Shown here: positions 49,522-61,630 of the stretch, piece by piece
How the letters are laid out: every line of letters starts with the position of its first letter
Numbering within the stretch: the stretch's first letter is position 1
Notes under the pieces: model-generated
Databases searched by the model: none
Told to the model about the DNA's origin: nothing
Seen by the model: the letters and a program-made list of their open reading frames with translations, nothing else
From: Octopus bimaculoides
Taxonomy: Eukaryota
NCBI RefSeq assembly: GCF_001194135.2
Contig: NC_068984.1
Location: 145,106,225-145,170,224, forward strand
Direction: 5' to 3'
DNA length: 64,000 nucleotides
Program-made: the position numbers and the translations under genes

Positions 49522-50055
49522 TAATGCCATTTTGTTTAAGACAGGTATAATTACCAACACAGGAACATGTATCATACATCAAAATGAAGCTGGTCTTCTG
49601 TGGATCACATCCCTACTTCTCAACATAGACACCGTTTCTCTCGATAGCAATGTTCCACCTTCGAATGAGAGCATGTATCCCTGCCCTGTAAAATTCTGTT
49701 GACTGTTCTTTGAGCCACTTCTTCACTATAGTTTTCACTTTCTTGTCACTGGAATAATGTTTGTCTCTCAAACCCTCTTTCGTGGGGCCAAAGAGAAGAT
49801 AGTCCAGTGACGAGGAAGTGAAAAACTGTAGTGAAGAAGTGGCTCAAAGAACAGTCAACAGAATTTTACGGGGCAGGGATACATGCTCTCATTCGAAGGT
49901 GGAACATTGCTATCAAGAGAAACGGTGACTATGTTGAGAAGTAGGGATGTGATCCACAGAGGACCAGCTTCATTTCGATGTATGATACATGTCTCTGTGT
50001 TGGTAATTATACCTGTCCTAAACAAAATGGCATTAGTTTTTGACTCACCCTCGTA
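49522..50055. mobile_element. Fold-back made of two inverted mariner 3' ends
   Basis: Arms 49522-49753 and 49803-50035. The + arm encodes VKKWLKEQSTEFYGAGIHALIRRWNIAIKRNGDYVEK* (mariner C-terminus) and ends in TIR-like TTTTTGACTCACCCTCGTA. Confidence 0.82.
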
Positions 50056-51519
50056 TATATTGTGCGTATGTGTTTACATATATGCTTATATCCATTAATT
50101 CAAAACTCTACCTTTATTTCGTGGGTACCCTAAGCTTTCTGTTTCTATCATATTCATTGTGCACCTGAAAACTTCCAATTTCATGGGAGCCGGGGCTTTT
50201 TCTACTGTTCCTACAACCAAATACATGTATATGTATGCACGCACGCACAGACACACGCACACACACACACACACACACGCACACATACACATGCATAGTT
50301 ACCTACCTATAAATGTTCTGGTTCTGACATCCACTTTTCCAAGCTTGCATGAATCAGATGGATCTTGTTGAGGCAGATTTTCTACAGGTGGATGCCTTTC
50401 CTGTTCATAACCCTCACCTATTTCCTAACAAGGCAATGCTTCTCCATGGACAGACATACAGGAAGAACAGAGAGCAACTGACATCACTTTGTATGGTGAC
50501 ATTCATGTACAATTGTCATGCAGTAATATCAAGACATGCATGAATACACACATGCATATGTTCACACACACACACATGATGAGTTTCTAACAGTTTCTGT
50601 GTCTGAAATCACTTTACAAGGATTTAGGGCTGTGGCTAGAGTAGAAGACACTTGACCTGTGTTTAGGAAGCATGTTTCTTACAGTGTGTGTGTGTGTGTG
50701 TGTGTTTGGTTAAGAATGTTGTTGCATAGCACTTTGAGGAAATGTTTACTAGTATAGCACCAGGCTGACTACTAAAGTGTTGTGAGTAGAATTGGTAGAC
50801 AATAGCTGAAATTAGCATGCATTGTGTGTGTGTGTGTGTGCATATTTATATATATTAATTGAAGTGTGCAGAATTATATATCCATTATAGTCAATCCTTC
50901 CAATCAGTTTCACACTGGGGTCCAACAGGATGTTAGATAACAGCCCAATTATGTAATCCCACACTCTTCAGAGAAAGCAGTTATGGAAGAAACTATGGTG
51001 ACTGCTCTCTATTGTTGGAGACAGTATATGTATATGTATGTATCTATGTGTGTGTGTGTACATATATCTGTATGTGTGCATACACACACACTCAGATTGA
51101 CAGACAGATATATTCTTATGTTTTTGATTGTGTACGTATTATTTTTGCATTTATATTTATTTACATATGCACACACACACATGTGCACACACACAGACAC
51201 ACACACACATATGCACACATACATACATGAGTAGAATGTTTATGTGTGTATGCACACACACACATATTTTTGTATTTATTTTTGCCAGTTGAATTCAAAA
51301 ATCTTTACAACTAATCCACCCTGGTTATATGACAATGACCCAATCATTATGACAGCTATATCTTCTTTTACTGTTTTACTACAGTATCAGCCATATTTTA
51401 GTAATAAAAACTGTTTTTTCTTTGACTCCTTAATCTATATTTTTCCAGAATATACCATCCATGCCTTTTCTATTTCTCCACAATGGTTTTTTTTTTTTTT
51501 GCTTACTACATTTTTGTTA

Positions 51520-51900
51520 TTCGTACATCTATTTTGCAATCATTGTACAAGAACTTTTTACAGGTCAGCAGGTCAGGAATTAGACCAATCAGAGCCATTA
51601 TTACTGTTCCATTATCTGGGATGGTGCTGATACTGGACACAGAGACATCTTAGACTGTTTGTCACTTCAACTGTAGCTTCTACTGGTCGGTCTTGTGTTC
51701 TCTCTAACTAATCCCCGTCTAACTTGCTAGATTTTTCACTTCTCATCATCCATATCATATCCTACCCACTGTCCCTGTAGCCACTATGCCATTCCTTCTT
51801 TCCCTTGAATATCATCCCTCTGGAATTCTCTCCCTGGTCATATTTTTTCCAGCAGTCATTGACTTATATCTGTTCAAGACAAAAAACAAAACAAAAAGAA
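51520..51900 (+). mobile_element. Degenerate CR1/L2/Jockey-group LINE 3' end
   Basis: Broken frames resembling ...HPY...LWNSLPGHIFPAVIDLYLFKTK, similar to the C-terminal WNSLP motif of these LINEs. Confidence 0.45.
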
Positions 51901-52068
51901 AACCCTCCTCAAACACGTCGATCTCGTTGGCCTGGAGTGCAGGAGGACCCTGCAAACGTTTCGGTGCAGCCCCTCACCTTCAGACCAAACCATTAAATGC
52001 TGTTATATTCAATGGTACAAGAATTCATGTAGAATGGTGCAGAAGAAAGACACAAGCATTTACAATAG

Positions 52069-53250
52069 TTGTAACACAGCTGTAACATTGATGTAACGCA
52101 GTTGTATCATTGATGTAAAACTGACACAACACAGTTGTGACAATAATATAACATTGATCTAACATATTTGTAACATTGATGTCACACAGTTTTAACAATA
52201 CTGTAATTCAGTCATAATCTTGATGTAACATTACTATAACACAGTTGTAACACAATCCTTAACACCAGTGTGACACGTCAATAAAGCTATCATCACCATA
52301 CAGTTGTGATATAGGGTAACACAACTGCAATTTAGTTGTTACACCATCATAACACCCCTGTAACACACTATGTGACACTGTTATTATGGTGGTGACATAA
52401 TACATTGTAACACTGATATAACACTGCAGTATTTCAGTTGGAACTGAATACTGTAACAAAACTGTAACATTTATACAGCTCATTCAATAAACATTTGTAA
52501 CACTACTTGAGCACATATAATATAAATGTAACAGTTTTAAAATTACTGTAACACATTTGTAACACTACTGTCCCACATTAGGTATCTCTAATTCTGCTTC
52601 AAATACTTAAAAAAAAATTCTGTTATATTTGTAACATAACTGTTGTCAAATTGAAAAAAATTGCTATCACATCAATGAAACAGTTGTAAAACTATTATTA
52701 TTATTACAATGTTACAGTTAGATCAACTGTAACAATATTATTGTAACACATTTATAAATCTACTGTAACATTACTCAAACATTGCTGTAACGATACTGTA
52801 ATAATACTGCTACATAATGTGACACAGTTTTAAAAAAAATCACTGAAATATAGTAACACTGCATCAATTTTACTGTAACACAGTTTACTGTAACACACTG
52901 TAACATTGCTTCAACATAGTAACAATAACGTAACGGTCATCACAATTCTTCTGTACCTCAGTTGTAACAATGCCACAATGCTACTGTAACACACTTTAAT
53001 AATAATGTTACAATGTAACAATGATATATTGCTATTCAATAATAATGTAACATGGTTTAATACAGCTGTTACAATTTTGTAACATAGACTTATAAGATTG
53101 TTACAATTTGTAACACGTCAATAAATCTGTTACAATTTTGTAACACTTTAAGAAGAATGTAACTCTTACAGTATATCAATACTGTACCAATAATATTGTA
53201 ATACAATTATATGACTACTGTGTCACACGGGTGTTACACTGGTGTAACAC
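52069..53250. repeat. Degenerate GTAAC(A)-rich cryptic repeat region
   Basis: More than 30 GTAAC occurrences by eye, plus reverse GTTAC, without a fixed period. Confidence 0.75.
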
Positions 53251-53666
53251 AGCAGTTATTGTGTCCACCTTTACAAGAAAAAACTTATATAAACATTTAT
53301 CATCAATCTCTCTTGACTTGTTTTTATTTATTCTTTCACATTCATTCACTTGTTGTTGTTGTACTTATTGACATTCATGTTGTTGTTGCTGTTATTGTTT
53401 CTAAGAGAGGTGGAGGTAGTAGTGGTGGTGTTTGACCCTGAGTAAGCAGACTTATAATCAAAGACATTCCAGTCATAGCCTTACATTTTTTCTTTAAATC
53501 AAGCCATCTTTTCATTCTTAAGACAACAGGGTGTAATTTGAGTGAAAATTGGCTATTATTTCTAGCAGCTCAGAGGATCACATAGAGGCACCTTTGTGTT
53601 AAGCACAGAAGTAGGAGAGTTGATGAAAGGTTGAAGTGAAAGTGAGGTGCTGGTGTTTTACCAATG

Positions 53667-53720
<54 letters not shown>

Positions 53721-54527
53721 GTATGTATATGTAAATACGACGGGCTTCGTTCAGTTTCCATCTACCAAATCCACTTACAAGGCTTTGGTCGGCCCGAGGC
53801 TATAGTAGAATGCACTTGTCCAAGGTGGTCATCACTGTTACTGCTGACAGCAGCATCATAGTGGTAGCAGAAGCAGTGGTGATGGGTGTGTTGTAGGTGT
53901 TAATAATAGTTATGGGGGNNNNNNNNNNNNNNNNNNNNNNNNNNNNNNNNNNNNGGGGGGGGGGGTAGAGGTCAGTGATTGTAGTGGTTGTGGCTGTAGC
54001 AATGGTTGTAGTAGTAATAATGGTTGCAGAGGCCGTGGTGATGATGTAGGTAGTGGCAGTAGTAGTAGTAGTAATAGCTGGTGTTGTTAGTGGTGGTAAC
54101 AATGGTGGTGTCTGTGGTAATGGTGGCAATGACAATAGTGGCAGTAGTGGTGGAGGTGGTGGTAGTGATGCTGGTGGTAGCAGCGACCATGGTGCTGGTG
54201 GTGGCAGTGACAGTGGTGGTGGTGGTGGTGGTGGTGGTGGTGGCAGTGACAGTGTTATTAGGAAGTTTGATAAATTGTGTTTTTATATATTTTATTTCGT
54301 CGTTGTTTCTATTGTTGCTGAAGTTGTTGTTGCTGTTTGATATCTGTCTGTGTGTCCTACAGCAGTATTGGCAATCTGTTCTGTCTGGTATTGTTCCACC
54401 ATTCCTCCGCAGCAGTGTCTTATCTCTGAAATAAGAAGACAACCCCTTCTCAAATGGCTGCAAGTGGAGACAGTTTCTTCAAATCCATTTCTTCTTCCAT
54501 CTTCTCCGCTTCTCTGTTTATTATCAT

Positions 54528-54740
54528 TGACAAGCTAGCAGAATCATTACCATGCTGGATAAAATGCTTAGCAACATTTCTTCTAACTTTATGTTCTGAG
54601 TTCAAATGGCACCGGGGTCGACTTTGCATTTCATCCTTTCAGGGTCGATAAAATAAAGTACCAGTTAAGTGGTGGAGTCAATATAACTGACTATCCCCAT
54701 GCCTGCAAAATTACTGACCTTGTGTCACAATTTGAAACCA
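54528..54740 (+). mobile_element. SINE family C copy
   Basis: GTTCTGAGTTCAAAT...GTCGACTTTGCATTTCATCCTTTCAGGGTCGATAAAATAAAGTACCAG. Confidence 0.72.
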
Positions 54741-54751
54741 TACTATTATCA

Positions 54752-55428
54752 TTGCCTTTGCACAGCTTCTAACACTGGAGATGTACGACAGTGTCAGCTG
54801 TTCACTACCAGTGAACTAAGGTAACACCTCTTATTTTTCGAGCACCTTCCGGAGTATTCGAGCAGTTCCAAGCAGTGCTGTTTTCTGCAAGTGCTCCACC
54901 CTTGTTACAGCCCCTATTTCTTCCATGTACTTTTCAAGATTTTTGCTCACTGTTTCCAGGGCTCCGACAATTATTGGTACTACTGCTACCTTTTTCATCG
55001 ACCACAACTGCTTAACTTCCCAAGCTAACCTGTCATATCTATCGACTTTTCTTTCTTCCTTATCACATACCTTGTTGTCAGCTGGGCATGCTATATCTAT
55101 GATCCAGCATAGTTTGTTTTCTTTCTCAATTAAGACTATGTCTGGCTTCCTATTCTCTATCTCATGGTCACACTGAATCATAAAATCCCATAGGATCTTC
55201 GCATTTCTATTTTTGATGATGCCTTCAGGTTTGTGGTCATACCAATTTTTTGCTCTGTCAAGTCCAAACTTGTTGCAAAGTGTCCAATGGACAAACCTGG
55301 CCATATTGTTGTAGCATCACTTATATTCCTTCTAGGCTAGTGACATTCATTGGCTGGTAATATACCATACGCTTTCACCATTTTGTCCAAAGATTCTGCA
55401 CTTATCACTTTCTGATGCATTGTCTATT
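54752..55428 (-). mobile_element. R4/Dong-clade LINE 3' fragment (zinc-knuckle relic + RLE domain)
   Basis: ORF 54831..55304: VHWTLCNKFGL...KILWDFMIQCDHEIENRKPDIVLIEK...IIDIACPAD...EERKVDRY...LQKTALLGTARILRKVLEK. This is a PD..D/E-xK-type RLE, Dong/Rex6-like. An (AAT)n array lies at its 5' side. Confidence 0.88.
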
Positions 55429-55433
55429 CTACT

Positions 55434-55503
<70 letters not shown>

Positions 55504-56080
55504 CTTCGTAACACAGTGTAAGTAAAAATGTACCAGAGTCTTTAGTCATCCGTCAAGTCACAACAAGGACCTCAGACAGATGATACAAGCTGTTACAGTA
55601 CTGGGTCCTTATTTCTGTGTACCCATTCTCCCTCATAAGACGAGGGTTGACATGAGCCAATGGTAAAAGACACTTGTTCAAGATGCTGTGCAATGAGATT
55701 GAACCCAGGGCCTCATGATTGTGAGGCAATATTCTCAAATATTTGGCCATGATGTATCCACATTTATTTATTGTATTTATGCAAAGAATAAATACGTTTT
55801 AATCAGATTTTATTTGAAGGATGAGAGTTGGGTGGAAGAAATGTCAATCAGTTTTAGTAGAAGAAGAGTGAGGAAGAAGAAATGGTAAGAATGAAGGAAG
55901 ATTAATTTGAAGATGGCAAGGAACCTGTCCAGCCTATAGGAGCATAGAAAAACAGATGCAACATGATGATGGTGGTAAGTGATGATAGTTGTGGTGGTGG
56001 TGGAGCTGAGGGTGATGGTGACCATGATTAAGAAGATGATGTCAACAACAATGGTGGTGAAGTTAGGAGGTTGTTGTTGT

Positions 56081-56128
<48 letters not shown>

Positions 56129-56389
56129 GGGGGTGGTGGAGGAGGAGGAGGAGGAGGAGGAAAACAACAATGATGACAATTGTGATGAAGGCAATGATGC
56201 TGATATCATTCATTTGTCCTCATCCAAACTAAATTCTCTCTGGAGGTGTAGAGTTAACAATTAATGTATGGGAAAGATTAAGTCATTTCCCCCAATCCAC
56301 TCCACTCCACTCCACTCCACCAAGGTTGTAGGAAATAATTAAACTCTCTCCATCACAAAAACATGTCTAAATTACTTTAAAACAATTTT

Positions 56390-56585
56390 GCTGTAGGTGC
56401 CACATATAAAGCACCCAACACACTCTGTAAAGTGGCTGGCTTTAGGAAGGGCATCCAGCCATAGAAACCATGCCAAAAGCAGACAATTGGAGCCTGGTGC
56501 TGCCTTCTGGCTTGCCAGCTCCTCTCAAACCATCCAACCCATGCCAGCCAGCATGGAAAGCAGACATTAAACGATGATGATGATG
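56390..56585 (+). mobile_element. Family A copy
   Basis: AAAGCACCCAACACACTCTGTAAAGTGGCTGGCTTTAGGAAGGGCATCCAGCC...ACATTAAACGATGATG. An inverted copy lies at about 56790-56950. Confidence 0.75.
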
Positions 56586-57089
56586 TAAATAGACCCAGCA
56601 TGATGCTGATGGAACCCGTTATTGGAATTCAACAATTCTTTCCCTGTCAACTCTTTTTCCTGCAAATGTTCACACTGGTCATCGGACATACCAATCTTAG
56701 CATCTGAAAGTGGGATCTGTAAGCAGAGCCAGATTTAGGTATGAGCAAAACAAGCAAGAAATTAAAGCCACAAAGTTCTCAACATTGTCTTCATTGTTTA
56801 ACATCCTCTTTTCATGCTGGCATGGGTGGGACAGTTTGCCAGGGGTTGGCCAGGCAGAAGCCTGCACCAGACTTCTGTGACTGTTTTGGCAGGATTTTTA
56901 CAGCTGGATGCCCTTCCTAACATCAACCACTTGGCAGAGTGGACTTAGTGCAAAAATTCCAGTTTTGTGCGCCACTCCTTAGTGTAACACAGAATACGTG
57001 TGTGTGTGTGTGTGTGTCCTTCACAATCACTTGGTTCCAAGTTTGATCCCATTCAAAGGTACTTTTGGCAACTGTTCTCTGACAACTGT

Positions 57090-57356
57090 TAATCTTAATC
57101 AAGATGAACTGAAGGCAAGGATTATGGCAGCATTAAACAACTTAAACAAGGAGACCGTCCAGAAGAGTTGCAGGAGATTCTGAAGCCATCTGGGGACTGT
57201 GCTTGAAAACAAGGCCGATTTTATTGAATAAATTTACTCTTTAGTATTTCAAGATATTTTTATGTAATTTTGGTAAATATATCTGTTAAAATGAGATGTC
57301 AGTGTTATTTTCATTTTCGCGTAATTTAGACGATAGTTTATTCACCACACCCTGTA
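57090..57356 (+). mobile_element. DD37D/maT-like transposon 3' end with TIR
   Basis: DELKARIMAALNNLNKETVQKSCRRF*SHLGTVLE, ending in CACCACACCCTGTA. Confidence 0.65.
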
Positions 57357-57663
57357 CATACATATATATACATACATACACACATACACTCACAGAGAAA
57401 GAAAGAGAGAGACAGAGAGACAGAGTGGGAGAGAGAGATGTACATACACACACATATATACACATGTATACACACACATGATATAAATATTTACAGCAAA
57501 CAAAAGCTGCATTGATAAACACTAGTCAAGCTATAAATAACTTTATTGATAAAAGATATATTGATAAATTCCATTCAATGTTACAGATAAAAAAAAAACA
57601 CCTCTAATGATTGGCTGGGGATATTATAAATCTGTCAATAGACAGAGATGTATGTCTGAAATT

Positions 57664-57972
57664 GTAGTATTAATAGGTGATATTTATCCCCACTTAAATG
57701 TAGATACTGCGTTAGAACAGAGAATATTGTAATAGATATCATGAGAGGACCTCTTATAAGGACTTTCTGGTGCATATGAGCACACCTGTTTATATTGCTA
57801 GTGGGAGATCAATTACCTGTCATCCTCCCACTTGTGATATAAACAGGAGTGTTTATATGCACCAAAAGCACATATAAGGGGTCCTCTCGTGATATCTATC
57901 ACAGTATTCTCTGTTCTAAAACAACATCCACTTTTAAATGGGGATAAATATTACCTTTTGGTATTAATACTG
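57664..57972. repeat. Old fold-back element (arms of about 140 nt)
   Basis: GTAGTATTAATA...GTGGGA / TCCCAC...TATTAATACTGC imperfect inverted arms with a loop of about 19 nt. Confidence 0.7.
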
Positions 57973-58044
57973 CTTCTATCACTATTACTTATACATATAC
58001 ATATTCGATAAAAACAAATAACAAAGCTGTTATCTGTTTTCGTC

Positions 58045-58076
<32 letters not shown>

Positions 58077-58224
58077 GCTAATACAAGAACCCACACTAAA
58101 CTCCTCAATCGTATCATGATTGAACCAAGAGTTTAACTATGGTCTGTCCTTAGCACTTACTTAGCATTACCTGCCACTCTTTGGGTCTCCTGGATACCAA
58201 TACCGTTTATACATATATACACAT

Positions 58225-58407
58225 GATGCTTGAGATACAAATAATTACAGAGGTATCAAGTTATTGGATCAGGTAATGAAGGTCACGGAGACGGTCATAG
58301 CCCAACTAATTAGGGAGAGAGTCAGTTTAGATGAGATGTAGTTTGGATTCATGCCAGGGAAAAGCATTACTGATGCTATATTTCTGCTAAGACAGCTGCA
58401 GGAGAAG
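58225..58407 (+). mobile_element. RTE LINE RT-domain fragment
   Basis: Encodes DTNNYRGIKLLDQVMKVTETVIAQLIRERVSLDEM*FGFMPGKSITDAIFLLRQLQEK. Confidence 0.8.
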
Positions 58408-58977
58408 AAGCGATGAACAAATTTCATATCTGCGCATTTTCTGATTTTCATTCAAATCGTATGGTACACATTTGTCAAGCTTTTCTGATTATTCAATCGC
58501 ATGCAATTGGTTGCAGGCAGTTTTTTGGCTAACTTGAAATCCTTTCGCCAGTTCTCAAGTGGTTTTACATAGACCTTTCTCAATGACAGTCTTTAATTGA
58601 CCGTCATTGATGACAGATGGCCATCCACTCAGGTCTCCACTGCGAAATCATTTAAACCATTTTTGAGTTGACCACTCACTGGTCATTTCCTCACCAAATG
58701 TTTCATTGATATTGTGAGTAGTTTCAGCTGCTTTACGTCCCTTTTTGAAGTTGAATAGCAAAATTGCTCGAATATCAGGCTTTGACAGTTCCATTTCAAA
58801 TGGTTGTAACAATGGTGAAAAAAATATCAATGTTAATTTATTGATCCATTTGGGCAAGTCTATGTCTGTATTATCAGAAAATTGCAAAAAAATGTTTAAA
58901 AAAAAATTTGACTCTTCAAAAATCTGGTACAAATTCTTCATGTTCAAAACATTGCTTACTTTTTACACAACCTGATA
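58401..58977 (-). mobile_element. Mariner transposon 5' half (TIR + HTH region)
   Basis: TIR-like TATCAGGTTGTGTAAAAAGTAAGCAATG. Encodes MELSKPDIRAILLFNFKKGRKAAETTHNINETFG...QKWFK, then a degenerate KLDKCVPYDL (WVPHEL-like) motif. Confidence 0.82.
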
Positions 58978-59613
58978 GAAAGAGAGATAGATAAATAGAC
59001 AGATGGATGGATGGATGGATGGATGGATGGATAGATAGATAGATAGATCGATAGATAGACAGAAAGATAGAGAGATGGATATAGACGTATATGTACATAT
59101 ATGATGGGCTTCTTTTAGTTACTATCAACAAAATTCACCTGGGGCTATAGTAGGAGACATTTGCTCAAGGTGCCACACATTGGGACTGAACCTAGACTCA
59201 TGTGGTTGGGGAGCAAACTGTCTACCACTTGCCTGTCAAAAATTGTGAGAAAAATCTTATTAAAATTCATGTAGTTTATTTCACCATAATTGAATTGTCT
59301 CTTCTCTACATCAACATCATCATCACCACCGGCATCGTCCTTATCATCATCTAGATCATCATTATCTTTTCCACCACCACCGCCACTGCCATATTTATCA
59401 TGTCTAATTAAAGATGATGGTTTTATATTCCATTGTCTGTACAGAATCTGTCTCTACTGGGATTGAGGAATCTTTCTATTAATGTTGGCACTACCCCAAC
59501 CACCACCACCACCACCACCACCACCATCACCATTACCATAGCCATTAACAAACTGTTCTTCGCACAATAACACCAACACTACTGCCAATGACACCATGAC
59601 CACCACCACCACC

Positions 59614-59645
<32 letters not shown>

Positions 59646-59793
59646 CAACAAACACAACAACAACGAAGGCAATAACAAGAACAGCAGCAATAATGGTAAC
59701 AATAACGACAATAATAGTTGAAACAACAACAGCAACAAAAACAACATCACCAACTACTACTACTACTACTACTACTACTAATAATAATAATAA

Positions 59794-61131
59794 TCATGGC
59801 AAGGCTGGTTGAGATTGTACAAATGTGCAACAAGGATATAGGGATGGAATTTGGTATCTCGAAGTGTGCAGTGCTTACTTTGAAGCAGGGGAGAAGAATT
59901 GCAGAGAATTGCCAAACGGAGAGAGAATGGAAGATCCAGATGATGATGGATACGAGTACCTTGGGATCTTGGAGCTGGACAATATCTTGCATTAAGAAAT
60001 GAAGGACAAGGTCATTACTGCATATTTCAAGTGCCTTAAACTTCTCTTGAAATCAAAACTTGACTCAAGAAACCTTGTGACAGCCATCAACATATCGGCA
60101 GTTGCTGTAGTCTGCTATAGTGCACCCATCCTGAGATGGACACAAGTGGAGACTGACCAGCTCAATCGCACTACCTGAAAGACAATAACAATGCATGGTA
60201 CCATCCACCCTAAGACAAATGTATACAGGTTCTACATGAAGAGTGGTAAAGGTGGACATGGGCTGATTAGCATATGGGAGAGCATCAACAGTGAAAGAAG
60301 AAACATGGCAGAGTATTTGGTAAACAGCAAAGAAGACTTGCTACAGTATGCTGCTTGTGCAGAAGGATGTAACAAAAATGGACTTGAGAGTGCTGCTCAT
60401 GAATTCCGATCAAGAACAGCCAACGAGAGTGAAGAAATGCTACTCCGTATGGAATTACATGGTCAGTTCCATTGTGAAAGCAACAAATTAAAAGACCAGG
60501 AAGCATCATGGAGGTGGCTCAACAAGGGTGACCTAAAAAAGAATACTGGAAGCCTAATCATCGCTGCCCAGGACCAGGCATTGAATACAAACTCAGTGAA
60601 AAAGAATATGTCACTATCCTCTAGGATTTTCCAGTCAACATCGACAGAACAATCTAGGCTAATCGACCAGACATAGTCATTAAAGACAGAGAAGAAAATA
60701 CTCGTAGACTAATAGGTGCAGGTGTTCCCACTGATAAAAATATATCTGTAAAAGAATTTGAGAAATTAAGTAAATATAAGGACCTGGAAATTGAAATAGA
60801 AAAGATGTGGCATCTTAAGGCAAGAACTATTCCTGTTATTGTGGGTGCCCTAGGTATGATAAAAAAAGGAATGTCAGAAACATCTAGATAAGATCCCAGG
60901 AGAACCATGTCTCAGAGAAATCCAGAAGATTGTGCTGCCCACATCTTTAGAAAAACCGTATCCATTTAAATGTCTGTGTTGTATTACATGAAGATATTTT
61001 GCTACAGCCCCTGCCACTTCCCTTCCCCAAACTTTCAGTCATACTGTAACATCTCTTACCCTTCACTCGCCCTAGGACGCTGGGTGTGTCTTGGCAAGTG
61101 ATTGTAACAAGCATGCAGATTAAAAGTAAAA
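59794..61131 (+). mobile_element. R4/Dong-clade LINE 3' fragment with internal deletion
   Basis: RT end (DIGMEFGISKCAVLTLKQG, YLGILE), HPKTNVYRFYM..GGHGLISI, LHGQF, LIIAAQDQALNTN, then NRPDIVIK...KYKDLEIEIEKMW...IPVIVGALG. AAT repeats lie on both sides. Confidence 0.88.
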
Positions 61132-61145
61132 AATAACAACAATAA

Positions 61146-61470
61146 TCCTTTCGACTATAGGCACAAGGCCTGAAATTTTGGGAGAGTGTGTAGTGAAATT
61201 CATCGATCCCCAGTACTCAGCTGGTATTTATTTTATTGACCCCGAGAGGATGAAAGGCAAAGTTGACCTGGGGGGAATTCGAACTCAGAAATGTAAAACC
61301 AGATGAAATACCATCAAACATTTTGCCTAGTGGGCTAACAATTTTGTGCCTTGAAAAAGATGAAAGGTTAAAGTTGACCTCAAAGAATTTGAACCCAGAT
61401 TGTAAAGAGCCAGGAAGAGAGAGTATTGCTGAACATTTTGTCCAATGTGCTGATGATCCTATTGAATCAC
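61146..61470 (-). mobile_element. Two tandem SINE family C copies
   Basis: ATAGGCACAAGGCCTGAAATTTT...GGATGAAAGGCAAAGTTGACC, then a second GATGAAAGGTTAAAGTTGACC core. Confidence 0.68.
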
Positions 61471-61586
61471 CACCTAACTGCTGCTACTGCTACTACTACT
61501 ACTACTACTACTACTACGACCACCACCACCACCACCATCACCACCACTACTACTACAACTACTACCACCACCACCACCACCACCAT

Positions 61587-61630
<44 letters not shown>

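Noticed and set aside
51940-51995. Hammerhead-like CTGAAGGTG...CACCGAAACGTT on the minus strand
   Set aside because: The core lacks the GA of CUGANGA and no stem I pairing is available.
54831-55304. Host nuclease gene
   Set aside because: It is the C-terminal part of a 5'-truncated R4/Dong retrotransposon, with stops immediately upstream.
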